NCBI RefSeq assembly: GCF_018977255.1
Contig: NW_024704756.1
Location: 13,578,001 to 13,642,000 of the forward strand
Source: Callorhinchus milii
Lineage: Eukaryota
Direction: 5' to 3'
DNA length: 64,000 nucleotides
The translations under genes and the position numbers were made by a program. Numbering within the stretch: the first letter of the stretch is position 1; each line of letters starts with the position of its first letter. The notes under the pieces are model-generated. The model was given only the letters and a program-made list of their open reading frames with translations, ran no database searches and had not been told where the DNA came from. This document shows, piece after piece, positions 36,691 through 50,569 of this stretch.

Positions 36691-39600
36691 GCCTTGGCTC
36701 AGGAGTGCATAAGTAAAGGGAATAGATGAAAGTTTTCTCCAGGTTTGGAGAGGAGCGACGGCAGGATAATCACACAAGTTCACAAATATATCTCGACTTG
36801 TATTGAACATGTTGAACAGAGGAACCAGTAGAACAACGAATCTGGAAGAGTGACTCAGTAACAGCACAATCACGTCTGCCCCTTAGCTCAATATGACTTA
36901 CTCCGAGGACACTGAGTGTGGTTCGGTGAAACATATACAGACTATCTGGTAAAAGTTCCTATTCAGTCATGCTTATAAATGAGCTGACAATCACCCATCT
37001 GTATGTCGGAGATACAGCGGGGGCCATGACTGCACATACAAGGACGTATCTGTTAACTGTAGGGAAATTGGAACAAGGCTGCTTTCTGTTAAAAATGCAC
37101 AGGTGTACAACCAGACCAACATAATTGTACTTATTTGAACACCAAGTGTAGCTCCATGAATAGAAGCTATTGTGTGTGTGTATTGTTTTGTAATTTTCCA
37201 TCAGTTTTTTCTCTATTTATTTTCTTCTCTTCCTTCCTTCCCTCCTGTAGGCATCTATCAAACTTATTTTTCTTTTTTAATACAATACCGTTCCATGGGC
37301 ACTGGGCGCTCTGTGGCATCTTACTCAATTTGCCATTGTTTCTCAGTCTTGAAGTGAGTGTCGGTGAGCTATCCGACTGTGGTATATCACAGCCTTACCC
37401 AAAGTCCATGTCTATATCTTTCTTCAAGTCTCTGCATAGTGATCAGAAGTGGTCTCAGAAAGTGTCCTGGTCAAGGACTGAATGTGGGATAGGGCCCCAG
37501 TCCTGCACTGGGTGGAGCTTTTACACACTAGAGCTTTAATAGAGCTGCACTAAACACATTTACAATATATTCATTACCTAGTTATTTGCAAAACACTTTT
37601 ATCTGTTACATTCAGCTTGTCGTCACTGAGCAACTGAAAGAGTTGCCAATGAAAGAAAGGGATTGAACCTAATAAATAGGGTTTAAAACCAATCAGCCTC
37701 TGAGCAGCTTCAGATCCACCAGATACAAAACTCTCTCGTGCCTGATGGACCTGCACTTAGAACTTTTGAGACATCTAATGTTTCATGTTCTTCAGTGAAC
37801 AATGAGTTGGGACATGAACAGCTCTTGTTTAGATTGACTCCACTGCACTTTCCCATGTCATTCCCAAGCTTTAGTTACATATCTACAGGCATGGAGAGCA
37901 CCGAGTGGCAATCCCACAACCCAAACACAGCTTATCGTTCTAATAAGAGCAAAGGAGGAACAGAAAGGGTGGCATCTCCCGGATGCACTGTAGCTTTTTC
38001 ATAGATACATTTGGTTCAGTTACAAAGCCCCTTGTATTAACATCTTATATTGCGGCATTATATGAAAGCGCCACTCACTCCTCCTCCAGCTGCCTGAAAA
38101 ATACATGAGTAATATTTGACCCTTAAGCAACATTGGGGGCTAGATTCTGCAGTGCATCTGTGATAATGTTTTTGGTTCCTAATTACTCGTTCCCGTCATC
38201 ATCAATGATCATTCGAGCCATCACTTTGACTGCATTCTTACCCTAGCAATATCTTAATTTGGGTCCTAATCTGACAGTGTCCTCCTGTGGAAAGGGGTTT
38301 CATCATTGCTAATGAATAGTGTAACTGCAGGGAAAACAAGGGTCTATGAGAATATGATGTGAGGAACAATAGGTGGGATAGAATTAAAACCTACAGCACT
38401 CTATAAACAGGGTAGGTTGCTGTACTTACAGCATTGCCTGCTTACATTACGTTATAGGAAATACAGACTAGGCGTTTACTTCTCTCTGCAGAATACTGAG
38501 GCTGCTGTTTCCTGTAATATATACAGGGTCTGCTATTCCCTGCAACATGCTGTGGAATGAAAACCAATATAATTGCAGTTCACATCACATAATGTAATAC
38601 CATGTCCACTCAAGTCATATGATTCAATTGTCGGAGCCCACTGTCTATCACTGTCCTTTGTCAATCACTTTTCCTCCTGAAGCCTCACACTGCCAATGCA
38701 AAATGTAATGAAAATGGAACAGCTTTCACCATCCCTCCCCCACCCCCCCACCACCACCCCAAACACACAGCTGCAACCAGCATTATAAACATCACTTGTG
38801 AATATTGTATAGAAATGCGTAACTTGGGAGTGCATTTCAAGGACATAATCTAACTGGGGTTGAGACAACATTGAAAAAAATACTTAATCGTTATTCTTGT
38901 GGTTCTTGACATTATCTCAAATCGTCTTTGTGCCGTTATATCCTGTTATATCCTGCATTATATGGGTATAAAAGAACACAGTGTCAGTGTCATATAATAT
39001 CACTACAGTAGCAATCGAGTAAGTTTATTGAATGAGAATTGCTTTCACAGCACAGAATAGTAACTTCTCTAATTTGTGCTTCATAAGAAATCTAAGAAAT
39101 TATTCTTTCTGTTTACATTCAAGAATAACGAATGTAGAAGTCTGGTTTCCAGGCAGGAATACATCAAGGGGTTCAAGTGACATTGATAAACTACTGGAGC
39201 TTTCTCCTGGTGGTCTATTCTGTCACATGAACCCCTTGACATGTTTTTGCTTTGAAACACACATTCCGAGTAACTCGGAGCTGGGAGTAACACATCTGAA
39301 ATACTCAGATGATACAAAGTGACAGGAAAGCTTGAGTGATTTACACAGTCATGTGAACCTTGAGAGCACGTTACAGCCTTGACTGAACTCCCAAACATGG
39401 TTCATCTTTCTATAATATATGGTTTTCTAACCTTTCTAGGATTTTACCATCAGAGATCAAACCATCGGTTGTTGCCAACACTTTGAGGCACTGGATTTGG
39501 CACCATCACTTCACATCGAATGTTTAAACAGGACAAAAAGCCTGGGTTTCATTGGAAAATAAACAATGTCAAAATGAGAGAGCCTCGCTGAAAAAAAATA

Positions 39601-40319
39601 GTGCCCACTTTTCCTGGGTTCTGTTTATTCTATCGAAGAATAGTGAATGTTCACGCAATTTAAGGAATTAACAGCATTTTGTACATCAACTGCAAATTGC
39701 AAACATTTCAGCTATCATTTCGAGGAGGCTATTGAGAATGTTAGCCCTGATTTTCTTTGTTTCAGCTCTCTCTTTCTCCCTCTCTTTCAGACCGTAAAGA
39801 CTGCTGAATAGAGACTTATTCTGTGCGCCTTATACGAACTGGCACAAATCCATTTCTGTAATAATTTGTTTCTCTATTGTTGTATCTTTAATAGCCTCTC
39901 CTCTTCATACTTCCTGCTCAGGGACACAAAGGACCTTTTGACTGCACCAATTCTTCAGGCTTTTCTAACACAACAAGGAAATTCTACAATCCACTCAGGA
40001 AGCGGCAGACGTACCAGGAGCTCACGAGAGCCTTAAAAATAGCCAAGCGCTTGTCACAGTAGAGAAAAGTGGATGCTCAGCAGAAGAGAGTTTTGCTACT
40101 GTTTAAATGAATTGTCATTGGATTTTATTCTTAACATGTTCCATTCATTAGATTTTTAGCTAAAGTACTGCTTTGATGTGTAACAATATTACTGTACTAC
40201 AGCTGCGATTTTAGTATTACTAAGTCGGGGTGAGCGTTCAAACTCCTTCCCTTTCACCGCCCCCCGTCCCCCCTCCAAGTAACTCAGACGTGTTACTCCC
40301 AACTCTGAATGTGTGTTTC

Positions 40320-40593
40320 AGTAATGCAGTGTAGTGACTATTTTCAGGCAATAGGCAAACAGCCATTAGGTGGAACAAGTACTTAATCTGGAGGATTGCT
40401 GGCAGGGACCACCAGAAAAAAGTTCCCTTCTCTTTTCAAACATTGTCATGGAATCTTTAACACCCGCCTGAATGGGGAACACAAGACTTTGGTTTAACAT
40501 CACAGCCAAAGGACAACATCTCAGCTCAGACGATGAGCTCAAGTCCTAATGTAGGGTGGAGATGGGAGTGCAACCAACTGAGTCAGGCTGACA
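40320..40593 (-). mobile_element. degenerate Deu-domain SINE
   Basis: CATGGAATCTTTAACACCCGCCTGAA core; CAACTGAGTCAGGCTGAC head (reverse complement). Confidence 0.7.
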
Positions 40594-42210
40594 CCATGTG
40601 ATTGAGATCGTCCCTTTCCTGGTTGTGCAGTACTTTTACGGAGGTCTGCAGAGAGGAAATTCCCTTCAAAATAGCAAGTACTGCACTGCCAAAAAGGGTT
40701 TAGGATTTCACAGGAGTCATCGGGCATGAGGAAGAATGCACCAATACCAGAGAAAATGGAGCTGCCATACTGTCATTTTACTTCTACAGGAAACGGGCAG
40801 GAATCCAAAATGGGTCAAAGTCTATACATCAGGTAATTGAGTAATCTGCATAATTGTACATTGGATGTTTACATACTTTTCTTAGTCACAATATTTCTGT
40901 CATTACTACCCGTGTAATTGTGACCCAATTAAAAGAACATGCTTAATTTTGCACGACTGGCTTACGAAAATCACTGGTCCTGAGACAGAGTCATTATGCA
41001 GGAAATGCTGTATGTGGTTGTTTTTAATGTGACTATGGAAATAATATTCAATTTACATATTTCACCCCCACCCCACCCCCACTCCCAATTTTCGCCTCCT
41101 GGAAGACATGAGTCATGTTGAGCTATAATTCTGAAGGCTTCGTCCGAACTCCAGTGCCTCACCAAAGCCTCACACAAACAGCAAGTATCCAACATCCGCC
41201 CACTCTACAGCAGTGACTGGTTGATAATGATCCGGAGCAGGAACTCTAGCTGATTTCTTTCCTCCCTAATGCGGGTCATTGAAGTCCATTGCAGCCGCCT
41301 CACCGACACCCTGACAACATGGACATGTTTTTTAAAATCATCTGTTTTTTCCTCGAACTTATCTGCCTTTCCTGAAGGTGTCCAACTTATAATAAACAAA
41401 ATAATCCTTGGTTTGATTTGGGGAATTACCATGTCTTCATGACGTCTCAAAGCGCTTCGCAGAATATACCTTAAGTGAATTGACTGTTTATTTTGATGGC
41501 AGTGATCACTCTTGAGTCCCCTCCACAAGTGGTTATTATTCATTTGTCAGCTTTTTGCCGGTTCATGTGAGCTGTGCTATTCGCTCACATAGAACAGCAC
41601 AGCCACATCCCATCTTGTCCTGTCCTCCCCAACATCGATCCACGTTCAATGTCTAGCAGAGACCAATGGATAGTGAACAGGAGCGGAAAACAGTGACCCT
41701 GTTTGCTCTGTCCTACAAAGGGAACTGAAGGACACCGCCTGTTAATAGGGCCTCCAGTGCTGCCCAAGCTGGGAGCAGCAAGCTCAGAACAAACTGGGAT
41801 TCATGTCTGAGAATCCACATGTCTTAGCCACTAACTAAAACGAGTTATCGGGGGAGCTAACAGTGGGAATTTTAACAGCCAGCCCTGCATGTGTGCCTAG
41901 TCTTAGTCCTTTAAGTCTGTGGCGGCGTTTGTCTCAGCATGTGCCCCGTAATCTAATCCCACTCTTCTGCTTTCTCTCCCAGTATGGTTTAATATTATTC
42001 TTCTGAAATTCACTGAGATTCCTAAGATGCTGCTGTGCAAAAGCAGTGAACAGTGTTCCAGGAGTAAAGCTTTCAGTGGGCATAGGTTAAACTGTTGCAC
42101 TCCTCCAAATAAAATCCACCTGCAGCATTCAGACAGAAGAATGATAGTATTAGCAGTGGTAAAAAAACAACCACATGACAAACCAGCCCAGCAACTATTT
42201 CTCATATGTT

Positions 42211-42689
42211 TAATAATAATAATAATCCTTGCATTTGATACAGCGCTTTTCACGTCGGGAGGACGTCCCAAAGCGTTTCACAGAACACATTGTAAAGTGA
42301 ATTGATTGTATATTTGTGGGCGAACGCGGCAGCCAATTGCGCACAGCAATGTCCCACAATAATAATAATAATAATAATAATCCTTGCATTTGATATAGCG
42401 CTTTTCACGTCGGAAGGACGTCCCAAAGCGCTTCACAGAACACACTGTAAAGTGAATTGACTGTAAATTTGTGGGCGAACGCGGCAGCCAATTGCGCACA
42501 GCAATGTCCCACAAACAGTCGTAGATTGAAAATGACCAATTTATTATTGTTTTTGGTTTTGGAGGGATTATTATTAGGCTCTGTGTGGAGTAAGGAAACT
42601 TGCCCAAGGTTTCGCCCTCTGCCTGGAATTGAACTCAGGTCTCTCACTTGCAAAACGAGTGCTCTAACCACTGAGCTACAGGACTCCAC
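42211..42689 (-). mobile_element. full-length tRNA-Ala SINE (42358-42689) with a tandem second 3' module (42211-42357)
   Basis: Highly similar to 26780-27110; intact A and B boxes; extra ~147-nt tail copy abuts the (TTA)n. Confidence 0.93.
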
Positions 42690-42754
42690 AGTTCAGTTTT
42701 AGTACAGATTTCTCCAACCACACCTTGTCCCCTCCCAATAAGTAAATTTTAAAA

Positions 42755-42940
42755 AATAATAACAATTTGGTCACTCAATCCACGACTGTTTGTGGGAGAT
42801 GCTGCTGTGCACAGTTATCTGTTGGGTTTCGCCCACTGAATACACAGGCACTACCTTTACAGTATATTCTGTGAAGCGCTTTGAGATGTCTCAACGACGT
42901 GATAAGGCGCGAGATCAAATGCAAGAATTGTTATTATAAT
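42755..42940 (+). mobile_element. SINE 3' half, inverted relative to its neighbour
   Basis: TTGGTCACTCAATCCACGACTGTTTGTGGG...ATCAAATGCAAG. Confidence 0.85.
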
Positions 42941-43129
42941 AACAGACATTTTACATTTTCCTGACAAGACACTGAAATGAAATGTTTACTGCACCAGCGG
43001 AACACAAGACATTAAGGGAGGACCACACACTGATATCCCTCCCCCACATTGCAGTAGTTTAAAGATTCTGCAAAGCGACAGCTGTGGCCAGCGCTACTAA
43101 CTGGAGCCTTGCCCCTGTTCTACTCATCA

Positions 43130-43377
43130 GTGACTGAAATTCCATCTAGTCTCTGCCCGCCTTAAAATTGTGTTGCCTTAAATTTGAAGATCGTTCCGAT
43201 TTTTCGAAGATTCTCAATTTCAGTCATAATTCGGAAGCCCCTTTTTCACGGCAGCGGAAAATCGGTTTCCAAATTGAAGCTGAATTAAAGAATTCTCCCG
43301 CAATTCTGCGCACATTTAAGAATTTCAAGACGAAAATGGCCTTGTTGCGGGCTAAGAACGGTTGGAATTTCAGACCT
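43130..43377. mobile_element. MITE copy A (TIR about AGGCCTGAAATTCC)
   Basis: CTGAAATTCCA / TGGAATTTCAG terminal inverted repeats; homologous (inverted) to 47542 and 49958. Confidence 0.75.
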
Positions 43378-44670
43378 CGGGTCTGCGGCTGGTTGTGGAG
43401 GGGGGCAAACGTCTTGCATCTCTTACTTTCCTTTCGTGCTGCTACTGCTGCTGCAGTAAGTAATCATTCAGCCAGCAGAGAGCTGCATTCACAACACAAC
43501 ACATGCATCTTCTGCACAGTCAGTGCTTAGTCATAACTCATTACCCAGACTCAGGGGACATGTCTTTACATCATGTCTCCTTAAAGCCCCACCGTGTTCA
43601 GTCCCTTACCAGTCATGATCTGTTTGGGATTCTGCATACATCCCACACTGGTTACAGAGCCTCAAGTGTACACTGCTGAATGTGTACTTCATATAAACCA
43701 CTTAATGGGGGTGCCACTGAGAGGGCAGGTGGCATAAACCCTGCTGACAAAAGGAGAGCCACATAAAAGCTGCCTCCGCACTCCAGCTTTCCTATCACTT
43801 GTCCGATGGTCGAGGTGTTGAGAGGCTGTTTGCACAGGTCAAGGCACAGATTTTGCAAGCGGGGTGTAACTTTGATCCAGCACAAACCAATGTGTAAGGA
43901 AAGCTCCTCTGCTGTGAGTAGGGGTAGCTGGGTCACGCTGGTACCTGGAGTGAAGAATGTCACATAGAGCATGATACTTGTTACAAACAGGGCTTAGTGC
44001 TGTGTTTACACAGAGCCACAGTCCGTAGGGTTCTCAAGTCAGCTGTAGGCGCTGAATGGAGTGGTCCCGTCCTGTTTACACTGTAAACTCTCAGCAGTGC
44101 ACCTCCACACGCAGGAGGTGCGTTCAGTTTCCTTACTGTGTAGGTAATCATACAACCACACTTATAATCACCAACAGATGAAACCTTCTCAATAAGGACA
44201 CAGATTTGCAGAGCGTATATTTAAGGGCTGATCACTTAATATCACCCAGATATTAAGAGGTCAGTCCAACCTCTTAGCTCCCAGAATAGTAAAGAATAAG
44301 CTAGACCACTGGCACAATCCTGTGCTAACTCTGTTGAAAGCAGATTCTTCACATAAAACACAATCCCTCGAAACTAAAACACAATTCACTGAGACCCATG
44401 AGGCAGCGTGTAGCTGACAGTTGCTGTGAATAGCTACTTGCTCACAAGGGGAGTCCACCTGACCTGTTCACTTCAGTCCCCACTGTAAACGAATGATGTC
44501 CTTGAACCGATGACAAACAGCACCTCAAATCCTATACTCCTAGTTATAGATAATACAAGGTGATATAAGATGACACATAGATGATTCAAGAAGTTATAGA
44601 TGTCATCTTCTTCAGGACACTGTTAACTTGTTGGAATTTGCTGAATTTCGAGTCCTCTTCAGAAACCTTC

Positions 44671-44826
44671 AACATAAGAACATAAGAATTAGGAGCAGGA
44701 GTAGGCCATTCAGCCCCTCTCACCTGCCCTGCCATTCAATAAGTTTATGGCTGATCTATTCTTAACTCCACCTCCCCGCCTTATCCTCATATCCCTTAAT
44801 CCCTTTATCCACAAGAAATCTATCAA
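44671..44826 (-). mobile_element. CR1 (shark HER1-type) 3' UTR
   Basis: AACATAAGAACATAAGAA-TTAGGAGCAGGAGTAGGCCATTCAGCCC terminal signature. Confidence 0.9.
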
Positions 44827-44989
44827 CAACGTCCGTACCAGAGGCCAGAACGGAAACACCAAGAGGCAGGTGTAATCAAAGGCAAGACACGGCTCCAAAT
44901 CCCCCTGAGGTGACCACTCCCTACATTAAAATGCAACGGAGCTGAAAACACACGAGTGTAGACTGGCACCCAATGGTTTTACATCGAGA

Positions 44990-45172
44990 CTGAAATAAAA
45001 AACAGAAATTCACAGAAAGTCAATCAGCATTTCTGAATGAGAAAGACACGTCAACGTTTTGGCTGAGACCCTTTGATGGAGTTGGGATTGGAGGAGCTGC
45101 AAGAAACGCTAACCTACTTCACTCTTTCTTTCAGAGGCAGATTGACCCGAATTTTCTGTCTCTCTCTTTCAT
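44990..45172. mobile_element. degenerate Penelope-like terminal repeat pair in inverted orientation, with a hammerhead remnant
   Basis: Minus strand CCATCAAAGGGTCTCAGCCAAAACGTTGAC resembles CTGATGAAGGGTCTCGGCCCGAAACGTTGAC; arms share TCTTTCT..TTCAGA..GATTGAC. Confidence 0.5.
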
Positions 45173-45744
45173 ATTCCCAGCGCTTGTCTTTTTTTTCCCC
45201 ACCAACTCTTTTAACATTTAGCCACCTGCTTCAGAGTTCTGGCCATGTGAATCCATAAGCTGAAACCACGCTGAACTGATCTGCGTGCCGACTCAGTGAC
45301 AGTCGGCAGTTTTCGCTGAGGTGCAGCAATGCTTAGCATCATCAAAAAGAGATGATATAGGGGCTCTGAAACTGAACGAGTTGGAATAAGTAAGGATTCT
45401 GTTTGGGATTCTTGTTAATTGGTTTGGAACCAATCTGGCGTCTGAGGCATTGTCTGTGTATATGCAGGTTCAAGTACATATTTCAGGCCATTATGTGAGT
45501 CGTTCAGACGACCCTTATTTAACTAAGTGTGTTTGAAAAGCCTCTTTTTATTGGGCTGAAGATTGGCATTTGACTGTGATATGCCACGATAGGAGATAAA
45601 GCTACAGATTCTGAGAACGAAACGTTTTGCTGCAGAGGGAAATGCTTTGAGAGAGAGAAATCAATACAATTTTCCGAAGTGTACTTAACCCAAGTGGAGA
45701 GTATGAAACCAGTCTTCCGATTGTTGCAAACCCACTTTATTCAT

Positions 45745-46085
45745 GTTTCGCCCACAAAATATAGTCAAACCACTTTACAGTATATTCCTGTCCAGCGCTT
45801 TCAGTTGTCTCAATGACATGATAAGGCACTATATCAAATGAAAGGATTATTTATTATATATAATGGTGAAATACAATGTGTTTTAATAAACTTTGTATCA
45901 GTCGCTTGTGTTGGTAATATGTGACGGTGGGTTTGTGTTCTATGATGCGTCAGCAGTCTAACAACTTTTCAAACTTGGCTGCCGTGTTCACCAACAGATA
46001 CAGTCACTACACTTTACAATAAAATCCATGAAGAGCTCCCGACATGAAAGGTGATATATTAAATGCAAGGATAATTATTATTATT
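45745..46085 (+). mobile_element. two SINE 3' tails (45745-45857 and about 45970-46085)
   Basis: Shared tail sequence. Confidence 0.8.
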
Positions 46086-47541
46086 AAAATCATAGTGCTG
46101 TCTTACACCTAGAGCAAACAAGTACATTTACTCTAATTTCCCCATTGTTAAACTTGCCAAATCTCAGTAACTTATAATTCAGTTGGCAAGTTGTCTTTTA
46201 TTCCTCCAAATATGCAAAGCAAAAATTATAACAAGAATTTCAACCATACTCCAGGATTAGAGATAGATGCATAGACCAGAGATCAGCACTCTCAATTTGA
46301 ATTCAGTCATTATAATTATCACAAGGATTGCATTGTGAAAACTTTACCCCAATATTTCTATACAACTCAACACAATAGAGAAAATGAAGCAAAGGACTGC
46401 CAGTAATACAGCCCCGTTCACTTGTCACTGACCTCTCCCCTGTTTCCCGAGCCCCAAAAGCATCTCCTTGACACCGTCTCTCAGAGAGGGGCAGCTCTGA
46501 AAATGTGAGCATCAGTAAAAAGGGTCTATGAGCAAGGGGTGAAGTGATCCCAGCCCACTGCTAATGATGGGAAAATCACAGTAAGGTTCTAAAGCTGTGT
46601 CCAGGACTCTTACAGCTCGAGTTACCAGGCTGAATGCACATTCCACTTGTTAAAATCATACTGTGTTTTGTTTTACACACACAGTGTCCCATTGTTAAAC
46701 TGAGGCTACAGGAACCAACCCCAACCGCGCATAATGGAGCCAGTGCTGTGGTAAATATTGGTGCTCAGGGCAGATCATAGGAAGAGAGGGCAGGAAACAC
46801 ACAGGGGGACAGGTTACCACAACGCTCACCTGCTAATTCTGAGTTTGATCTGCAAGTTCTCAGTTGCCTTATTTACTGATGGCAGCGTCTGCTGAGAGAT
46901 AAAACGATCCTTTTACTTTGTGGCAGCCCCATTTATCAGCCATGCTGTGCTAGTTAGTTCCACACTGGCTGGTTGGAGCATTGCAAAGGAAAATGGTGGC
47001 ACTCGCAGCTCAGCAGCGGTACCTGCTGAAATTGTAATAAGGTGTGGTGCCTGCTCTTTAGCCAGTTAGGACTTGGAGGGAGCAGTCCGCAGACTTTGCA
47101 GTGAAAGCAACATTTCCTGAACCCAAATTATTAAAACCAAGAAGCTAATATTTTTCAATGCTTTTTGCAAAAAAAACTCCCACAATGTTTTAAGAATAAA
47201 CTATGAAGAGGGATTTACACTGTAACAATGGGCAATTTGCAATATATTGCCCAACCATCCTCCAACTTTACTGTGAGACGCTGCTCTCTTGGTCAAGCAA
47301 ACACAGCGATGTTTACAAACACAAACAGACTTCAGAACAGGAGAAGTGAGGTGCCTGGACTAACTTGTGACCTATTTCTGTGGGTATTTATAGAAAGTTT
47401 CCACCCAACTCAAATGGAAAAATGTGTTTAAAGTGGAGCTTGTCTTGTTAGCCTGGTTGTGAGCTTCAGTTCCCAACCAGAGGATTGCAGTATCTGGTAA
47501 TGGTCTGTATCCCAGAAGTGTACACATTTCTTTCCTTCCTG

Positions 47542-47749
47542 AGGCCTGAAATTCCATCCAGTTTCAGCCCACAAGATCATTTTGCCTCAAAGCTTAAAAT
47601 CGCCCAGAATTGTGGAACATTGATAAAGCTTCATCTTAATTCAAAGCCTTTTTTTCACAGTTCTTAAAATCGGTCAAATTTAGACTAAATTCAGGAAATA
47701 TTGCAGACCTCTGGAGACATTTTACCACGGCCGAGAGGGTGGATTTCTG
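47542..47749. mobile_element. MITE copy B
   Basis: CTG|AGGCCTGAAATTCCATCC left end; internal homology to copies A and C; right end eroded. Confidence 0.65.
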
Positions 47750-47859
47750 TTACTGTCGCTCTATAACCAACTACAGTCCTTTAGGGGAAAGGGACTATGA
47801 GAACAGAGGATGCCTCTTCCTCCAATCCCATTCCCCCCACCTATGCTCGCTATTGCTTA

Positions 47860-48112
47860 TACAGGTGGATGTTAAAGATCCCATCGCACTATCTAAAAAC
47901 AGGAGGGAACTTGCTCTGGTGCTCTGAGCAACAATCCTCTTGATAAATTCTTTGTTCACGTCAAGGCTGTTTGTGGGACCTTGCTGAGAATAAAATGGCC
48001 ACTGGGGTTTGCCTACACATACACAGTCACTACACCTCATAACAATTTCCTGAGAAGCCGTTTAAGGCATTTCTACCTTGTCAGAGCTATATCAAATGCA
48101 AGGATTATTCCT
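47860..48112 (+). mobile_element. Deu-domain SINE 3' two-thirds
   Basis: CAGGTGGATGTTAAAGATCCCAT core plus tail. Confidence 0.8.
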
Positions 48113-49017
48113 ATTTTACCAGTGCTTCCCTTCCCCTTGGATGATCTGCTCTCCCACTGTTCTGTGGTACCTCAGGCTGTGTGACTGGAGAGCTATCGTG
48201 ATGCAAGCTGCAATTATGGAAATGATGTCGTGTTCATCAACGTTAAGCATTAGTGCAGCTCCCTCCCCCACCCCATCAGAAATTACAAGAGTCTCGATAA
48301 AACAAAATGAAATCGCTGAAGGCAGGGGTCAATAACGAAAGGGTTAAAGTAAACAACTCCTTGATAGACAGAGCTGCTCACTTGATGGATGAACTCAGCT
48401 GAAGATGCGGAAAGCTGTTCAAAAGAACCATTCATCACCTGCGGAAAATCATAACCCTACAAGCAGTAGGAAATGTACAGAACAGGGCTCTGGCACACAG
48501 GCATTGAATTTAGCTCCTGATCTTACAGACTGTTCATTTAATTTTGAAACACAGACTGATTCGTTCCTGGTTCTCATGTGTGGGCTGTGAGTATTGTATC
48601 TACGTCACATCATTAGCCTCAAATATGAAGTATTTCAGCTGAGAAATGTGCTTGGCGCTTCCCTGGGGCCTGGAAGACTGATGTAATCTGCTTCTTACAC
48701 CCACAGTTAGTGGTGTGACATGACACAGACAAAAAGGCTCCTCTCGTCTTCATTGGGCATCACTACGATCCACCCAGCAAATCCAGCCAGCGCACACATA
48801 CATTCTGCAGCCCTCGTCTCGCATTATACACAATGAGAACTGACGCAGCTATCAGCTGGGGCCTATAAACCTTTATTAAGCTGCGCATTGTAATTTACNA
48901 AAAACACAAACCATTGTGAGGCAATGACTTCCAAAAGCACCAAATGTGCATTAGTATCTTAGAGGAAAACAGACAGGAACGTGCACAGCTGTTTATAAAG
49001 ATGCCACTCGGTAGCTC

Positions 49018-49049
49018 GTGTGTGTGTGTGTGAGTGTATGTGTGTGTGT
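49018..49049. repeat. (GT)n microsatellite, imperfect
   Basis: Direct reading. Confidence 0.85.
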
Positions 49050-49214
49050 CGGGGGGGAGATCTGCAGGTGGATGATATTTTATAGCTGAAATTGCATAAT
49101 CATTACATTAATGAGAATTGCTAGTGAATCAGTGAAGGGCTCCTTATTGTTTAAGGGAGATAGTAAAACCACCTATCTTGTAAGTATTTGTTTATCTTTC
49201 CAAATGATATTGCC

Positions 49215-49595
49215 CAAGCCCTAGAGTCAGTGCAATGGAGAGCAACTAGGATGATCTCCAGTGTTAAAGGAATGATTAGACAAGTGAGGGCTCTTCAGTC
49301 TTGAAAGGAGATGTCTCATACAGTCTTATAGAGAATAGATGTATAAAATTGTAAATGGGATTGAGAAAGTAAAACCCAGAACAATACTTTCGCATGCAAT
49401 GAAAGAATAGAACAAGAGGACACAGGTTTAGAGAGGCAGAGGGAAATTTGAGGTCAAATACCAGGAAGTATTTATTTATTTAGAAGGGAATTAACGGGAA
49501 GAATGGTTGAGTCCAGGGCACTGAACTCATTGCAAAAAAAACAGCTGGACTCTGTGATGAGAAGATGGTAGGATGAGATTGAATGGGCCAAATCT
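49215..49595 (+). mobile_element. degenerate CR1 ORF2 3' region
   Basis: GLFSLERRCL, YKIVNGIEKV and RTRGHR motifs readable across frameshifts. Confidence 0.8.
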
Positions 49596-49819
49596 GTCAG
49601 CAGCAGTAAAAAATGGATTCTGAGCGACCAGTGAAACAATCCTGTCACACTGCTAATGATGGGAAAGTCATAGCCAAACTCCAACACTGTGACCGGCTTC
49701 TGCTAACTCGTGTTACTAGGCTGGCAGTACATTGCCATTTGTTAAAAAAAAAATCACACTGTGCTTTGTGTTGCGTGTACAGCGCCCCATTGTTAAGTTG
49801 AGCCTCTATTAAGGCAGGG

Positions 49820-50350
49820 TGCCTGTGCTGAGTTAGCTGATTTCATCCAGGGCCTCAGTATTCCTTGGCAAGAGAGAAAGCAAAGCCCGCTCAGGGGTTC
49901 CTGTTCCTGATTATTTACCAGTGACCATTGATGGAAATTGCGCATGCATGGGCAGTAAAGGTAAAACTCCACTTCGGTTTAGCCTACCAGATTATTTCAT
50001 CCTAAAATTTTAAATCGCGCAGAGTGGTGGAAAATTCAGCCTTAATTTTAATTTTTAAAAAAATTTAAATGCAAGGCTTATTAATTTTAGAAGCCGGTTC
50101 CTTTTAAAAACTGCTTGTGAATTAAAACCAGCATTTAAGAATTTTCCTCGATTCTGCACCATCGTAAATTTTAAGAATGAATCGTCTTAAAAGGCAGGCT
50201 ACCGTAAAGAGAATTTCAGGCCTCAGGGAGCGTAGGATTGGGCTTGGTTGTGAGGATTGCATTGCCTCCCAACATCTGCCATTCATCCTCACAAATGAAG
50301 ACCAGTCGCTTGGCCGAGATGCTGGATAGCAGCTAGAGCTCACGACAGCT
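49820..50350 (+). mobile_element. family-3 SINE split by MITE copy C
   Basis: CTGTGCTGAGTTAGCTGAT...CAGTGACC before 49955; AGGATTGGGCTTGG resumes after 50226. Confidence 0.7.
49958..50223. mobile_element. MITE copy C
   Basis: Right end GAATTTCAGGCCT|CAG; left part aligns with copy B. Confidence 0.7.
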
Positions 50351-50569
50351 TAGCCCCGGAAGGACTCTGCGCTTTCGGGAGGGGGTGGGTGTTGATGGTT
50401 GTGGTGGTGGGGGGAGATAAAGGAAAGAAGAGAACTGTCAAATAAAAAAAATGTTTGACCGAGGGCAGGAAATGCTTATGAAATTGAGGTGGTCCCAAAA
50501 AAAACAAACTAACAAGCAATCCAGAAAAACAAACTACAAACCAAAGTCACGATCGAGGCAGACACAATG

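Noticed and set aside
39765-39830. Strong plus-strand acceptor (CT-rich tract then CAG)
   Set aside because: Stops follow in all three frames and the tract is a CT microsatellite.
43787-43893. Plus-strand exon candidate LSYHLSDGRGVERLFAQVKAQILQAGCNFDPAQTN
   Set aside because: Weak splice sites, no recognisable homology and no partner exons.
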